Assembly: GCA_963733035.1 (NCBI GenBank)
Contig: CAVTBU010000005.1
Location: 2,144,001-2,208,000, forward strand
Origin: Pirellulales bacterium
Lineage (GTDB): Bacteria; Planctomycetota; Planctomycetia; Pirellulales; PALSA-1355
DNA: 64,000 nucleotides
Direction of reading: 5' to 3'
Shown: positions 30,463 through 39,185 of the stretch, piece after piece
Numbering within the stretch: position 1 is the first letter of the stretch
How the letters are laid out: each line of letters opens with the position of its first letter
Made by a program: the position numbers and the translations under genes
Notes under the pieces: generated by a model
What the model saw: only the letters and a program-made list of their open reading frames with translations
Databases searched by the model: none
Told to the model about the DNA's origin: nothing

Positions 30463-31719
30463 TCAACGGTTGCCGCTGGCAACTTCGTCAACTTTGATAT
30501 CAACACCCAGCGCGGCTTTGGCCACCCGCGCTAGCGTCGACTTGTCGCCTTCGATATGGAAGGTCGACTGCGTGTGCATGATCGACTTGCCGGTTGGCAG
30601 TTGAGCGGCCGGCGAGAGCGATTCGAGTTCATAGAATCCGCCGAGGGCCGGCTTACCCGGTTCAGGCGGTCCGTCGTTGTAGCTATTGAAAACGTCTCCC
30701 TGGTAAGGCTCTTTCTGCTTACCCCAATTGTTGTTTACATATCCGTACTTCGCCGGATCATCGGGCATCGAGAAGTGCACGAGGGTTAGCACACCGTTCT
30801 CCAAATCGATCGAGCCGGCCACCGGTTTAACGCGGGCCTGCGAAACACCGATCTTTGAGCGAAATTCCCCATCGCCAACGAACCAAATGGCCTGCGAATT
30901 AACCCGCAGCCGATCGGGCGGAACGGCACCGAAATAGTCGGCATTGACGATCGGCCCCAGGGCAGGGTCATCGTCACTCTTGTAGGGAATGATGATCGAC
31001 GTGCGCGGACCGGCGGGGAACTGTCCGAGGCTCCAAATCGCAATCAAGCCTTTGTCACGACTCATTGCCGTGCCACGGTTGACGACCATGTTGATGGTCT
31101 GAAAACCCACCATCCGAAGTTTGCCTTCCGTGACCGCGCTTTGCGCCTCGCTACCGAACAGCTTGCCAAAGTGATGGATTTTTTGCAGGTGAATTTCGCG
31201 ATGGACTTCGAGGTCGAACACCGTGCGTGAAGCATTCTGAAAACGCATCCGGCGCGAAAGTCGGTAGTGCGGATCGGTGTCCTTCGACGTGATTTGGTAG
31301 GCACCGTCGTTCAGGGCCTGCGGCGTGTACCAATTGGCTAGCGTCTGGGAGGCACCAGGTGCGAACCACAGGCTGAACTGGCCCCCTTCGGGTCCTAGCC
31401 ACAGCCGGTCCTCGCCGCCGTAGTTGTTGAAGTGCTTGTCGTCGGCACCACCGGTGATGAACTTCCGATTGATCCAACCATGACTCAGACCGTCGGCGTC
31501 GCTGGTGCTGGAGGTCATCACACGCCCTTGGTACTCAGGGCAGATCGCCACGCGCTCACCATTTTCGCCGGTCAATTGCACGACTTTGGTATGCGAAACG
31601 AGAAAGTTGAACGCTTCCCCATAGGTTTCTCGCTCGGCCGCCTGGGCACGGATCCCGAGCGTGCACGCCAAAACTCCCACCAGAGCGAACGCACCGCACG
31701 TCATCCCATGATGATGCAT
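30463..31719 (-). CDS. Exported DUF6786-like protein
   Basis: Signal peptide, QGRVMTS, GWIN, GGEDRLWLGPEGGQFS, NSYNDGP, FYELESLSPA; AGGAGG RBS. Confidence 0.75.
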   Translation of the reverse strand: MHHHGMTCGAFALVGVLACTLGIRAQAAERETYGEAFNFLVSHTKVVQLTGENGERVAICPEYQGRVMTSSTSDADGLSHGWINRKFITGGADDKHFNNYGGEDRLWLGPEGGQFSLWFAPGASQTLANWYTPQALNDGAYQITSKDTDPHYRLSRRMRFQNASRTVFDLEVHREIHLQKIHHFGKLFGSEAQSAVTEGKLRMVGFQTINMVVNRGTAMSRDKGLIAIWSLGQFPAGPRTSIIIPYKSDDDPALGPIVNADYFGAVPPDRLRVNSQAIWFVGDGEFRSKIGVSQARVKPVAGSIDLENGVLTLVHFSMPDDPAKYGYVNNNWGKQKEPYQGDVFNSYNDGPPEPGKPALGGFYELESLSPAAQLPTGKSIMHTQSTFHIEGDKSTLARVAKAALGVDIKVDEVASGNR

Positions 31720-31926
31720 GAGAGAAACCTCCTGATTCGCGCTGGCCCCCCAGCAGGGGCCAAGCTGAGTTGAGCCCACGTCCTGTGTCTTGGCCGGCAG
31801 TCGTTGGCTGTCGGATTGCGGCGGGCCAGGTTCAATGCCGGAACGAACAAAGCGAATGTCCGCGACGGACTTTCGAATGTTCCAACCTGTGTTCTCCAGC
31901 GAGCTTAAACCTTCCCGAATGGGGCG

Positions 31927-32048
31927 ATTATAGCGAATCGCACGTCGTTTGGGAGACGGCTGTGTTGCGGGTGTTCAAATGGTACAATTCCCCAGCTGTC
32001 GGGGTGCTGGTAGCTGGACGGGAAACGCAGCAATTGGTTTGCTACAAT
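31927..32048. promoter_or_regulatory. Divergent sigma-70-type -10 elements
   Basis: TATAAT on minus strand (31927-31932); TGG-TACAAT (31980-31988) and TGC-TACAAT (32040-32048) on plus strand. Confidence 0.5.
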
Positions 32049-32141
32049 GCAGTTCGGGCTGGTTCTGCTCCCTGACGTGCAGCTGTGCCCTGGCCGCAAC
32101 CGACCTCTGGCGCGCCATTTCCTCTTTTTTTGTTCCCACCT

Positions 32142-32169
32142 TGAACTCCGCGCTCGGGCATCGCGTAGT
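32142..32169 (+). promoter_or_regulatory. ECF-type promoter candidate (autoregulatory, probably leaderless)
   Basis: TGAAC-N17-CGTA, ending 7 nt before the sigma ATG at 32175. Confidence 0.5.
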
Positions 32170-32174
32170 GACAA

Positions 32175-32822
32175 ATGGATAAGGTCATAGGAAACTCGCC
32201 AACAACGGAGGTTTCTGATCGGGCAGCCGTGTCCGATGAGGAGCTTTTGTTGGCCTACCGCGATCAGGCTGATCGAGACGCATTTACCCAGTTGGTACAT
32301 CGCTACGAGCGGGAGCTGTATAGCTACCTGCGGCGCTACCTGGGGGACGCTCCGATGGCCGAGGACGTATTCCAGGCGACTTTTTTACAGATTCACCTGA
32401 AATGCGATCAGTTCGAGGAAGGCCGCAAGTTTCGACCCTGGCTCTACACCATCGCAACGAACCAGGCCATCGACGCGCAGCGCCGCAACAAGCGGCACAA
32501 GAACGTCAGCCTGGACCGCAATACCCGACCGGAGGGCTCCGATGACATCGGCACGTTGATGGACTTGTTGTCCAGCAACGAACCCGCCCCTGAACGCCGC
32601 ATGGAAGCGACCCATGAACGCGATTGGGTCCGCAGTGCCGTCGAGGCACTCCCCGAAGGCCTGCGGCAGGCCGTTAACCTGGTTTACTACCAAGGCATGA
32701 AATACCGCGAGGCTGCGGACATCCTCGATATTCCTGTGGGTACCGTAAAAAGCCGGCTGCATTCGGCGATTCTGAAACTCAATGAAGCCTGGATGCAAAA
32801 CCACCCCCACGCCAACGATTAA
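32175..32822 (+). CDS. ECF RNA polymerase sigma factor
   Basis: AEDVFQATF, FRPWLYTIATN.AID, region 4 Y.EAADILDIPVGTVKSRLH. Confidence 0.95.
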   Translation: MDKVIGNSPTTEVSDRAAVSDEELLLAYRDQADRDAFTQLVHRYERELYSYLRRYLGDAPMAEDVFQATFLQIHLKCDQFEEGRKFRPWLYTIATNQAIDAQRRNKRHKNVSLDRNTRPEGSDDIGTLMDLLSSNEPAPERRMEATHERDWVRSAVEALPEGLRQAVNLVYYQGMKYREAADILDIPVGTVKSRLHSAILKLNEAWMQNHPHAND

Positions 32823-32840
32823 GCTGAGAGTGTGAGTGCG

Positions 32841-33806
32841 ATGCGAGAGAACCTGATCGGCTACTTGTTGAACGCGTTGGAACCGTCGGAGCAGGCGCTG
32901 GTCGAGGCCCATTTGAGCCGCGACCCGCAGTTGAAACACGAATTGGACCTCCTGTCCCGGAGCCTGCAGCCGTTAGCCGCGGACCGTGCTGAACATGTTC
33001 CCCCGGTCGGGCTGGCGACGCGAACTTGCGAATTCATCAACGTGCAGACCAAGGTGACGCTTCCGCCTCCGGTGACGAGCGTGCCGGCACGTTGGTCGAT
33101 GGCGGATTTGGCGGTCGCGGCCGGAGTCTTTCTGGCGGCGACCTTGCTGTTTTGGCCCGCCATGAACCAGAGTCGCTTCGCCGCCAGAGTGCGCAGTTGC
33201 CAGAACAACCTGCGCCAATTGGGCGTGTCATTGAGCACCTACAGCCAGCATTATCCGGGGCAGTTCCCCACGATTGACGTCAACCACAAGCTCAGCCGAA
33301 GCGGCATCTACGCGGTGATCTTGCGCGAGCAAGGACTGCTCCCCGAAGCGCGGCTCGTCATTTGTCCTGCGTCGGATTTGGCTGAACGGAAGGACGACTT
33401 TAACGTCCCTACTTTCGATCAGTTGATGCGAGCCCAGGCCGAAAAGCTCAATGCTCTGCGAAAACAAATGGGGGGCAGCTATAGCTACAGCCTCGGATTC
33501 TACCAAGACGGCAGGTACCAACCGCCGAAAGATCGGCGTCGCGCGACACACGCGCTGATGGCCGACGCACCCAATCATCAAGCTCCGGACCGGTTCTCCT
33601 CGAACCATGGCGGATGCGGCCTGAACGTGCTGTTCGAAGATCTGCACGTGGGCTACATCACCACGTGCCGCACTCGGGGCTGCGGCGATCATATTTTCGA
33701 GAATCGGCTCGGCAAGCCTCACGCCGGCGTCGATCGGGACGACGTGGTCCTGGGTAGCAGTGACGCGACGCCAGTATTGGTTCCCGTCGCTTCGGATGCC
33801 CCGTAG
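32841..33806 (+). CDS. Putative anti-sigma factor with TM and DUF1559/H-X9-DG pilin-like C-terminal domain
   Basis: LIGYLLNALEP.E...VEAHL; TM then PAMNQSRFAAR...CQNNLRQLG; ICPAS; NHGGCGLNVLFEDLHV. Confidence 0.75.
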   Translation: MRENLIGYLLNALEPSEQALVEAHLSRDPQLKHELDLLSRSLQPLAADRAEHVPPVGLATRTCEFINVQTKVTLPPPVTSVPARWSMADLAVAAGVFLAATLLFWPAMNQSRFAARVRSCQNNLRQLGVSLSTYSQHYPGQFPTIDVNHKLSRSGIYAVILREQGLLPEARLVICPASDLAERKDDFNVPTFDQLMRAQAEKLNALRKQMGGSYSYSLGFYQDGRYQPPKDRRRATHALMADAPNHQAPDRFSSNHGGCGLNVLFEDLHVGYITTCRTRGCGDHIFENRLGKPHAGVDRDDVVLGSSDATPVLVPVASDAP

Positions 33807-33836
33807 CAGCCCCACACCATCGTCAAAATCCTCCGC

Positions 33837-33867
33837 GGGCTCGCGATCAGCGCGAGCCCTTTTCTTT
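33837..33867 (+). terminator. Intrinsic terminator of the sigma/anti-sigma operon
   Basis: GGGCTCGCG-ATCAG-CGCGAGCCC-TTTTCTTT. Confidence 0.8.
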
Positions 33868-33930
33868 GCGTGCTGCATCTCGCGCCGCAATGCCATCCGT
33901 TGCCCGATGGCGACATTCGCCCGCGCCTGG

Positions 33931-33948
33931 TGATGCAATAATGCAACA
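33931..33948. promoter_or_regulatory. Candidate enhancer (bEBP binding site)
   Basis: TGATGCA-ATAA-TGCAACA near-palindrome about 100 bp upstream of a -24/-12 motif. Confidence 0.4.
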
Positions 33949-34050
33949 TCATGACCGCAAATTTTCCCGCTCCAGAGCGCCGGATCGGGACACGAAAACT
34001 TTACCGAGCCGTCATTTAAGTCGATCCACATATCTGCTCCGGCAACTCCC

Positions 34051-34065
34051 TGGCATCGACTTTGC
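34051..34065 (+). promoter_or_regulatory. sigma-54 (-24/-12) promoter candidate
   Basis: TGGCATCGACTTTGC, GG-N10-GC spacing, intergenic. Confidence 0.6.
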
Positions 34066-34214
34066 GATCTTTCGCATGCCAAGGCAGGGCTTCTCTAGAG
34101 CCGGCTGCCAGAGCCTTGGTCCCCTCAGGCTCTGGTAGCCGTTTTTGCGCCCGTGTCCCGCACCGAATCCTTGTTCAACTTTCTCGGTGCCATCTTGCAA
34201 AACGGTCGCAGTCG

Positions 34215-35057
34215 ATGCACGCAGGCGAGTTGGTCGAAGTCGCGGGAATCGTGGCCTATCACGGCCCGCTGCTCATTGGCGGTGCGCGGGCGTTGTCACC
34301 CGGTCCGCTCGAACAGTATTGGGCCACGTCCAAGTGCCGCTGCGAAAACTGGAATCGAACGTTCAAGCAAACCGCGACGCCAACAGCGGACGGCAAACCG
34401 CTGGAATCGTCCGACCTCCGCATGCTCTTGGCAACGTTGGAGGAAATCTTCGTCAGTGAAATCCTGGTCCGAGTCTGGACGACCGTGCTCGTCGCTCACG
34501 ATCGCCGCCTGGGCGCGGGCATCGACGAACCCCTGGCCCGCAGCGTGTTCGACTCACATATGGAAGCCCGCCGTCGGGCACTCAAGCTTTTGCTGCGATC
34601 CAGCGCATTTACCACGCCACAGGCGGTGGCCATAAATCGCCTGCGTCGCCGATCCGAGCGCTGGAGCGATGTGCTGATCGGCGGGCTCCTGACTGCATGC
34701 GATCTTCCGGAGTTCGCTGTCGATGCCCAGCGTGCGGCTGACTTTGCCGACTCCCTTTCACGCCGTCAGAGTCAACCGGGCGGGCGGCACGCTTGGCGTC
34801 TGACGCTCGTTTCGCTGCGCAGCGCCTTTCGCGACGTTCTGGGCCAGCAAGCAGCCAACGCCGATGCCAATGCTCGCGTTACCGCTAGCATCCTGGGCTG
34901 TTTTCCCGGCGAACTTTTCGATTCGACCGGAATTCTGAAGTCGCTGTGGATGACGCGATTGTCGGCCGTTGCCAGCGATGCCCAGGGATTGATCACCGAC
35001 CTGCTCGGCGAAGCGACTCGGGTATCGGTCGAGGCGGTACGTCGCCGAAATCGCTAG
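34215..35057 (+). CDS. Hypothetical all-helical protein
   Basis: 280-aa ORF with host-like codon usage; YWATSKCR, EIFVSEILVRVW, RRRSERWSD. Confidence 0.7.
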   Translation: MHAGELVEVAGIVAYHGPLLIGGARALSPGPLEQYWATSKCRCENWNRTFKQTATPTADGKPLESSDLRMLLATLEEIFVSEILVRVWTTVLVAHDRRLGAGIDEPLARSVFDSHMEARRRALKLLLRSSAFTTPQAVAINRLRRRSERWSDVLIGGLLTACDLPEFAVDAQRAADFADSLSRRQSQPGGRHAWRLTLVSLRSAFRDVLGQQAANADANARVTASILGCFPGELFDSTGILKSLWMTRLSAVASDAQGLITDLLGEATRVSVEAVRRRNR

Positions 35058-35335
35058 GACCGGGTTTTGCAAGCTTGCTGCCCGCGCGAGCGGACGGCCG
35101 CATCGGCCAGACTCCTGGTCTGAGCTATCTGGCTCGACCCTCACCTCTGCCTCCCTTTCATGCTGCTAGCATCACCCGCATTCGCGGGGCGAACCTCTGT
35201 TGCCCCGTTTCCCTCCGCTCTGTACTCTATGGCCCCTTGATGAACGTGCAGCGACGTTGTCTATCGCGAGCGCGATCGAGCGGGCGGTTCACTGGGGCGA
35301 TCGATTTTTGTTTTGCCAGTGAGGATCGACGAAGT

Positions 35336-38300
35336 ATGCGAAATCACTACCAGTCGCATGGCCAATACTTCACGCGATTATTGATGCAACTCGCATGTGC
35401 GGCGTTCGTGGTCTGCACGGCAACCGCCAGTGCCAAGGAAGCCGAATGGATCTGGTCGCCCGCATTTGAGAAAGAACTCGCACCCGAGGGCGAGTGCTAC
35501 TTCCGCAAGACCTTCGAGTTAGGCATGCCCGAAACCGGCCAGGTGCAAATCGCCTGCGATGACAACTATGAGTTGTACGTGAACGGCCGCGAGGTGGGCA
35601 CTGGCTCGAACTGGAAGATGCTCGATTCGTACGACGTGACAAAATACCTCGTCGAGGGCACCAATACCGTGGCTGTCAAAGCCGTCAATGCCGAAGGCGG
35701 CTCTGCTGGACTCGTGGCCCGCGTCGTCGTCAAGCAGCAAGGCGGCACATATGTTGATCATTCGACCGACGCAACTTGGAAATGCGCGTTGAAGGAATTC
35801 GGCCAATGGCACAAGCCGCGGTTCGACGACGAGCAGTGGCTGGCCGCGCGCAGCTTTGGCCCACTGAATGCCACGCTGCCCTGGGGGAACGAGGTCACGC
35901 TGGCCGGTGAAAACGGCCGCTATCGCATCACACCCGAGTTTCACGTCGAGTGGGTCGTCGACCCTAAGGAAACCGGCTCGTTGATCTGTATGACTTTCGA
36001 CGAATTTGGACAGATCATCGCGGCCCGCGAAAATGGTCCGCTGGTGATCGTTCGCGACAGCGACCGCGATGGGCTGGTCGATACGGTTTCGCCGTTTTGC
36101 GATGAAATCAAGAATTGCCAGGGGCTTCTGGCCGTTAGTGGCAAGGTCTATGCCGTGGCGGACGGTCCGCAAGGCGCGGCTCTCTACCGACTCAGCGACG
36201 AAGATCAGGACGGCCGCATCGACCGCGTCGAGTCCGTGCTCAAATTCGGGGGAGAGATGGGCGAACACGGACCGCACGCGCTCACGCTGGGTCCCGATGG
36301 ACTGTTGTATATGTTGCTTGGCAACTTCACGCAATTGCAGAACAAGTTCGAGGCCACGAGCCCGTATCGCGACTTCTACGAAGGCGACCTGGTGACGCCG
36401 CGCTACGAAGACGCCGGCGGACACGCCGTCGGCATCAAGGCGCCCGGCGGCACCATCATTCGTACGGACACTTCAGGCACGGCCGTCGAGGCATTCGCCG
36501 GCGGAATGCAGAATCCGTACGACCTGGTCTTCAATCAGGACGGCGAGCTATTCACCTGTGACTCGGACATGGAATGGGACTCGGGTATGCCTTGGTATCG
36601 CCCGACTCGTTTAAACCACGTGGCGGCGGGCGGTGAATTCGGCTGGCGCAGCGGCTGGGCAAAGTGGCCCAGCTACTTCATCGACAGCCTGCCGCCCGCA
36701 ATGGAACTCGGGCGTGGCTCTCCGGCCGGCATGGAAGTTTACGACCACTTCATGTTCCCTGTCCGCTATCACAATACCTTGTTCGTGGCCGACTGGTCGC
36801 GGGGGCGGATCCTGGCGGTGCGAACGCGGCCGCACGGTTCCACCTACAAGGCCACGGCCGAAGTCTTTCTGGAAGGCCAGCCGCTGAACGCCACCGACTT
36901 GGCCATCGGCCCCGACGGTTGGCTCTATTTCTGCACCGGCGGCCGCGAGACCGAAGGCGGCATCTACCGCGTGGTGTGGGAAGGCAAAGTGCCGCCCGAA
37001 ATCATGCAACATGGACGCGGGCTCATGGCGGCCATCGAGCAGCCGCAAATCAACAGCGCCTGGGCGCGGCAGCGGATTGCGCTGGTAAAGCAACAGCTCG
37101 GCGACGATTGGGCGAAACAGCTCACCGCGTTCGTGCAGAACACCAAGAACAAGCCGCTCCAACGCGCACGCGCGCTCGACCTGATGCAATTGTATGGCCC
37201 TCATCCACAACCCTCGCTTTTGATCTTAGCCTCGCGCGACAAGTCGCCGGGACTGCGAATCAAGGCCATCACGCTAATGGGAATCAACCCCGACAAGACG
37301 ACGCAGACGCGTCTGAAGGAAATGCTGGCGGACAAGGACCTGGCCGTGCAACGTTCCGCGGCCGAAGCGCTAGCCCGCAGTGGCGGGACTGCGTCGGTGG
37401 CTGAACTGGAAGGTCTGCTCGGTTCGCCCGACCGTCACGTAGCCTGGTCGGCCGCACGGCTCCTGCAGGAAACTCCAGCGGGTACCTGGCGATCGCAGAT
37501 CCTTGAGCACGAGAACTCGCGCGTGTTCCTCGTCGGGGCCATGGCCTTGCTGTGGCAGTCACCCGACCGCGACGTGGTTGATCAGGTGCTGGCGCGGTGC
37601 CAGTCTCTGCTCGACGGCTACTTAGCCGACGACGACTTTATCGGCCTGTTGCGGATCATCCAGGTAGGGCTCATCAAGGGTGAAGTCAAACCCGACGAGG
37701 CCATTACCTTGCGGGTGAAGCTGTCGGCCGAGTACCCGGCTCAAGATGAACACATGAACCGCGAGTTGATTCGGTTGCTCGTCTATCTGCAGGATCCGAC
37801 GCTCGCCGAACGAATGGTCGAGCAATTGGCCACCGAGATGCCGAGCGTCGAGAAGATGCAAGTTCTCACCCACGCCCGCTTCCTCACAACGGGCTGGACG
37901 CTATCGCTCAAGCTCAAAATGCTCGAAGCATACGAGGAAGCCCGGCTGATCGAGGGCGGCCATAGCTTTGCGGGCTACATCGAAAACGTCTCCCGCGATT
38001 TCTTTGCGACGTTCAATGAAGATGAGCGGCGTTTGGTGCTGGCCGATGGCGTACGTTGGCCGACCAGCGCCTTGAGCGTGCTGGCGAAGCTGCCCAAGAA
38101 CCCCAGCCCCGAGACGTTGCGCGAGATTGAGCGGCTCGACCGCCAGGTCAAGAAACTCGATACGGAAGCGGCCAAGCGGCTGCGCATTGGCATTGCCGCG
38201 GTGCTCGGTGCCAGTGGCGATCCGGAGGCGATGGCCTATCTACGCGTGCTTTACGAAACCGAGCCGGACCGGCGGGTGCCGATCGCCATGTGCTTGGCGC

Positions 38301-39136
38301 AACGGCCCGACGGTGAAAACTGGCCGCTACTCGTGTCATCGCTTTCGATTGTCGAGGGCGCGGCTGCTCAGGAAGTACTGATGCGGTTGGCAAAGGTCGA
38401 CCAGACGCCCGACCGCGACAATGCGGAAGTCTATCGCCAGGCGATCATCCGCGGCCTAATGCTGCGCGAGAACGGCAGCCGTCGGGCCGTCGCATTGTTG
38501 GAAAAGTGGACGGGCGAGCAGCACGGTGCGCCGGAGGATCCTTGGGATCAAACGTTGGCCGCGTGGCAGAATTGGTTTGCCGAGAACTACCCAGACTCAC
38601 CTCCGGCCACATTGCCGCAGGACAGCGAAAAGAGCCATTGGACGTACCAAGAACTGCTGAGTTTCCTCACCGGGCCACAGGCCTCCGAAGGCGTGGCCGC
38701 ACGGGGAGCGGCAATTTTCGAGAAGGCACAATGCATCAAGTGCCATCGCCACGGCACGCGTGGCGACACGGTCGGTCCGGACCTGACCAACGTCAGCAAG
38801 CGCTTCCAGCGGAAGGAGATTCTGGAGTCGATTCTTTTCCCCTCGCAGGTTATCTCCGACCAGTATGGCAGTCAGACGATCGTGACGACCGACGGCAAGA
38901 CCTACTCCGGTCTGGTGGCACCCACGGGTGACGGCTCGTACGTCCTGCTGCAGGCCAGCGGCGAAAAGGTCACGATTCCGGAAGAGGAAATCGAACAGCG
39001 GGTCCGAAACAAAACTTCGGCGATGCCCGAAGGCTTGCTCAATGAGCTTACGCTCGATGAGATCGCCGACTTGTTTGCCTACCTGGCCGGTCCGCCTCGG
39101 CACGACGTGGCGCGACGGCCAACCCGAGATAACTAG
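35336..39136 (+). CDS. PVC-type exported protein: sugar-binding-like N-terminus, sorbosone-dehydrogenase-like propeller, HEAT repeats, C-terminal cytochrome c
   Basis: WIW..YFRKTF, CDDNYELYVNG, EHGPH, DSDMEWD.G.PWYRPTR, CIKCH, GPDLT, SAMPEGL. Confidence 0.88.
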   Translation: MRNHYQSHGQYFTRLLMQLACAAFVVCTATASAKEAEWIWSPAFEKELAPEGECYFRKTFELGMPETGQVQIACDDNYELYVNGREVGTGSNWKMLDSYDVTKYLVEGTNTVAVKAVNAEGGSAGLVARVVVKQQGGTYVDHSTDATWKCALKEFGQWHKPRFDDEQWLAARSFGPLNATLPWGNEVTLAGENGRYRITPEFHVEWVVDPKETGSLICMTFDEFGQIIAARENGPLVIVRDSDRDGLVDTVSPFCDEIKNCQGLLAVSGKVYAVADGPQGAALYRLSDEDQDGRIDRVESVLKFGGEMGEHGPHALTLGPDGLLYMLLGNFTQLQNKFEATSPYRDFYEGDLVTPRYEDAGGHAVGIKAPGGTIIRTDTSGTAVEAFAGGMQNPYDLVFNQDGELFTCDSDMEWDSGMPWYRPTRLNHVAAGGEFGWRSGWAKWPSYFIDSLPPAMELGRGSPAGMEVYDHFMFPVRYHNTLFVADWSRGRILAVRTRPHGSTYKATAEVFLEGQPLNATDLAIGPDGWLYFCTGGRETEGGIYRVVWEGKVPPEIMQHGRGLMAAIEQPQINSAWARQRIALVKQQLGDDWAKQLTAFVQNTKNKPLQRARALDLMQLYGPHPQPSLLILASRDKSPGLRIKAITLMGINPDKTTQTRLKEMLADKDLAVQRSAAEALARSGGTASVAELEGLLGSPDRHVAWSAARLLQETPAGTWRSQILEHENSRVFLVGAMALLWQSPDRDVVDQVLARCQSLLDGYLADDDFIGLLRIIQVGLIKGEVKPDEAITLRVKLSAEYPAQDEHMNRELIRLLVYLQDPTLAERMVEQLATEMPSVEKMQVLTHARFLTTGWTLSLKLKMLEAYEEARLIEGGHSFAGYIENVSRDFFATFNEDERRLVLADGVRWPTSALSVLAKLPKNPSPETLREIERLDRQVKKLDTEAAKRLRIGIAAVLGASGDPEAMAYLRVLYETEPDRRVPIAMCLAQRPDGENWPLLVSSLSIVEGAAAQEVLMRLAKVDQTPDRDNAEVYRQAIIRGLMLRENGSRRAVALLEKWTGEQHGAPEDPWDQTLAAWQNWFAENYPDSPPATLPQDSEKSHWTYQELLSFLTGPQASEGVAARGAAIFEKAQCIKCHRHGTRGDTVGPDLTNVSKRFQRKEILESILFPSQVISDQYGSQTIVTTDGKTYSGLVAPTGDGSYVLLQASGEKVTIPEEEIEQRVRNKTSAMPEGLLNELTLDEIADLFAYLAGPPRHDVARRPTRDN

Positions 39137-39185
39137 CGACGGCAACGCCGCAGTCCTCGGCAGAATGCATGCGTGACGCCGGCAA

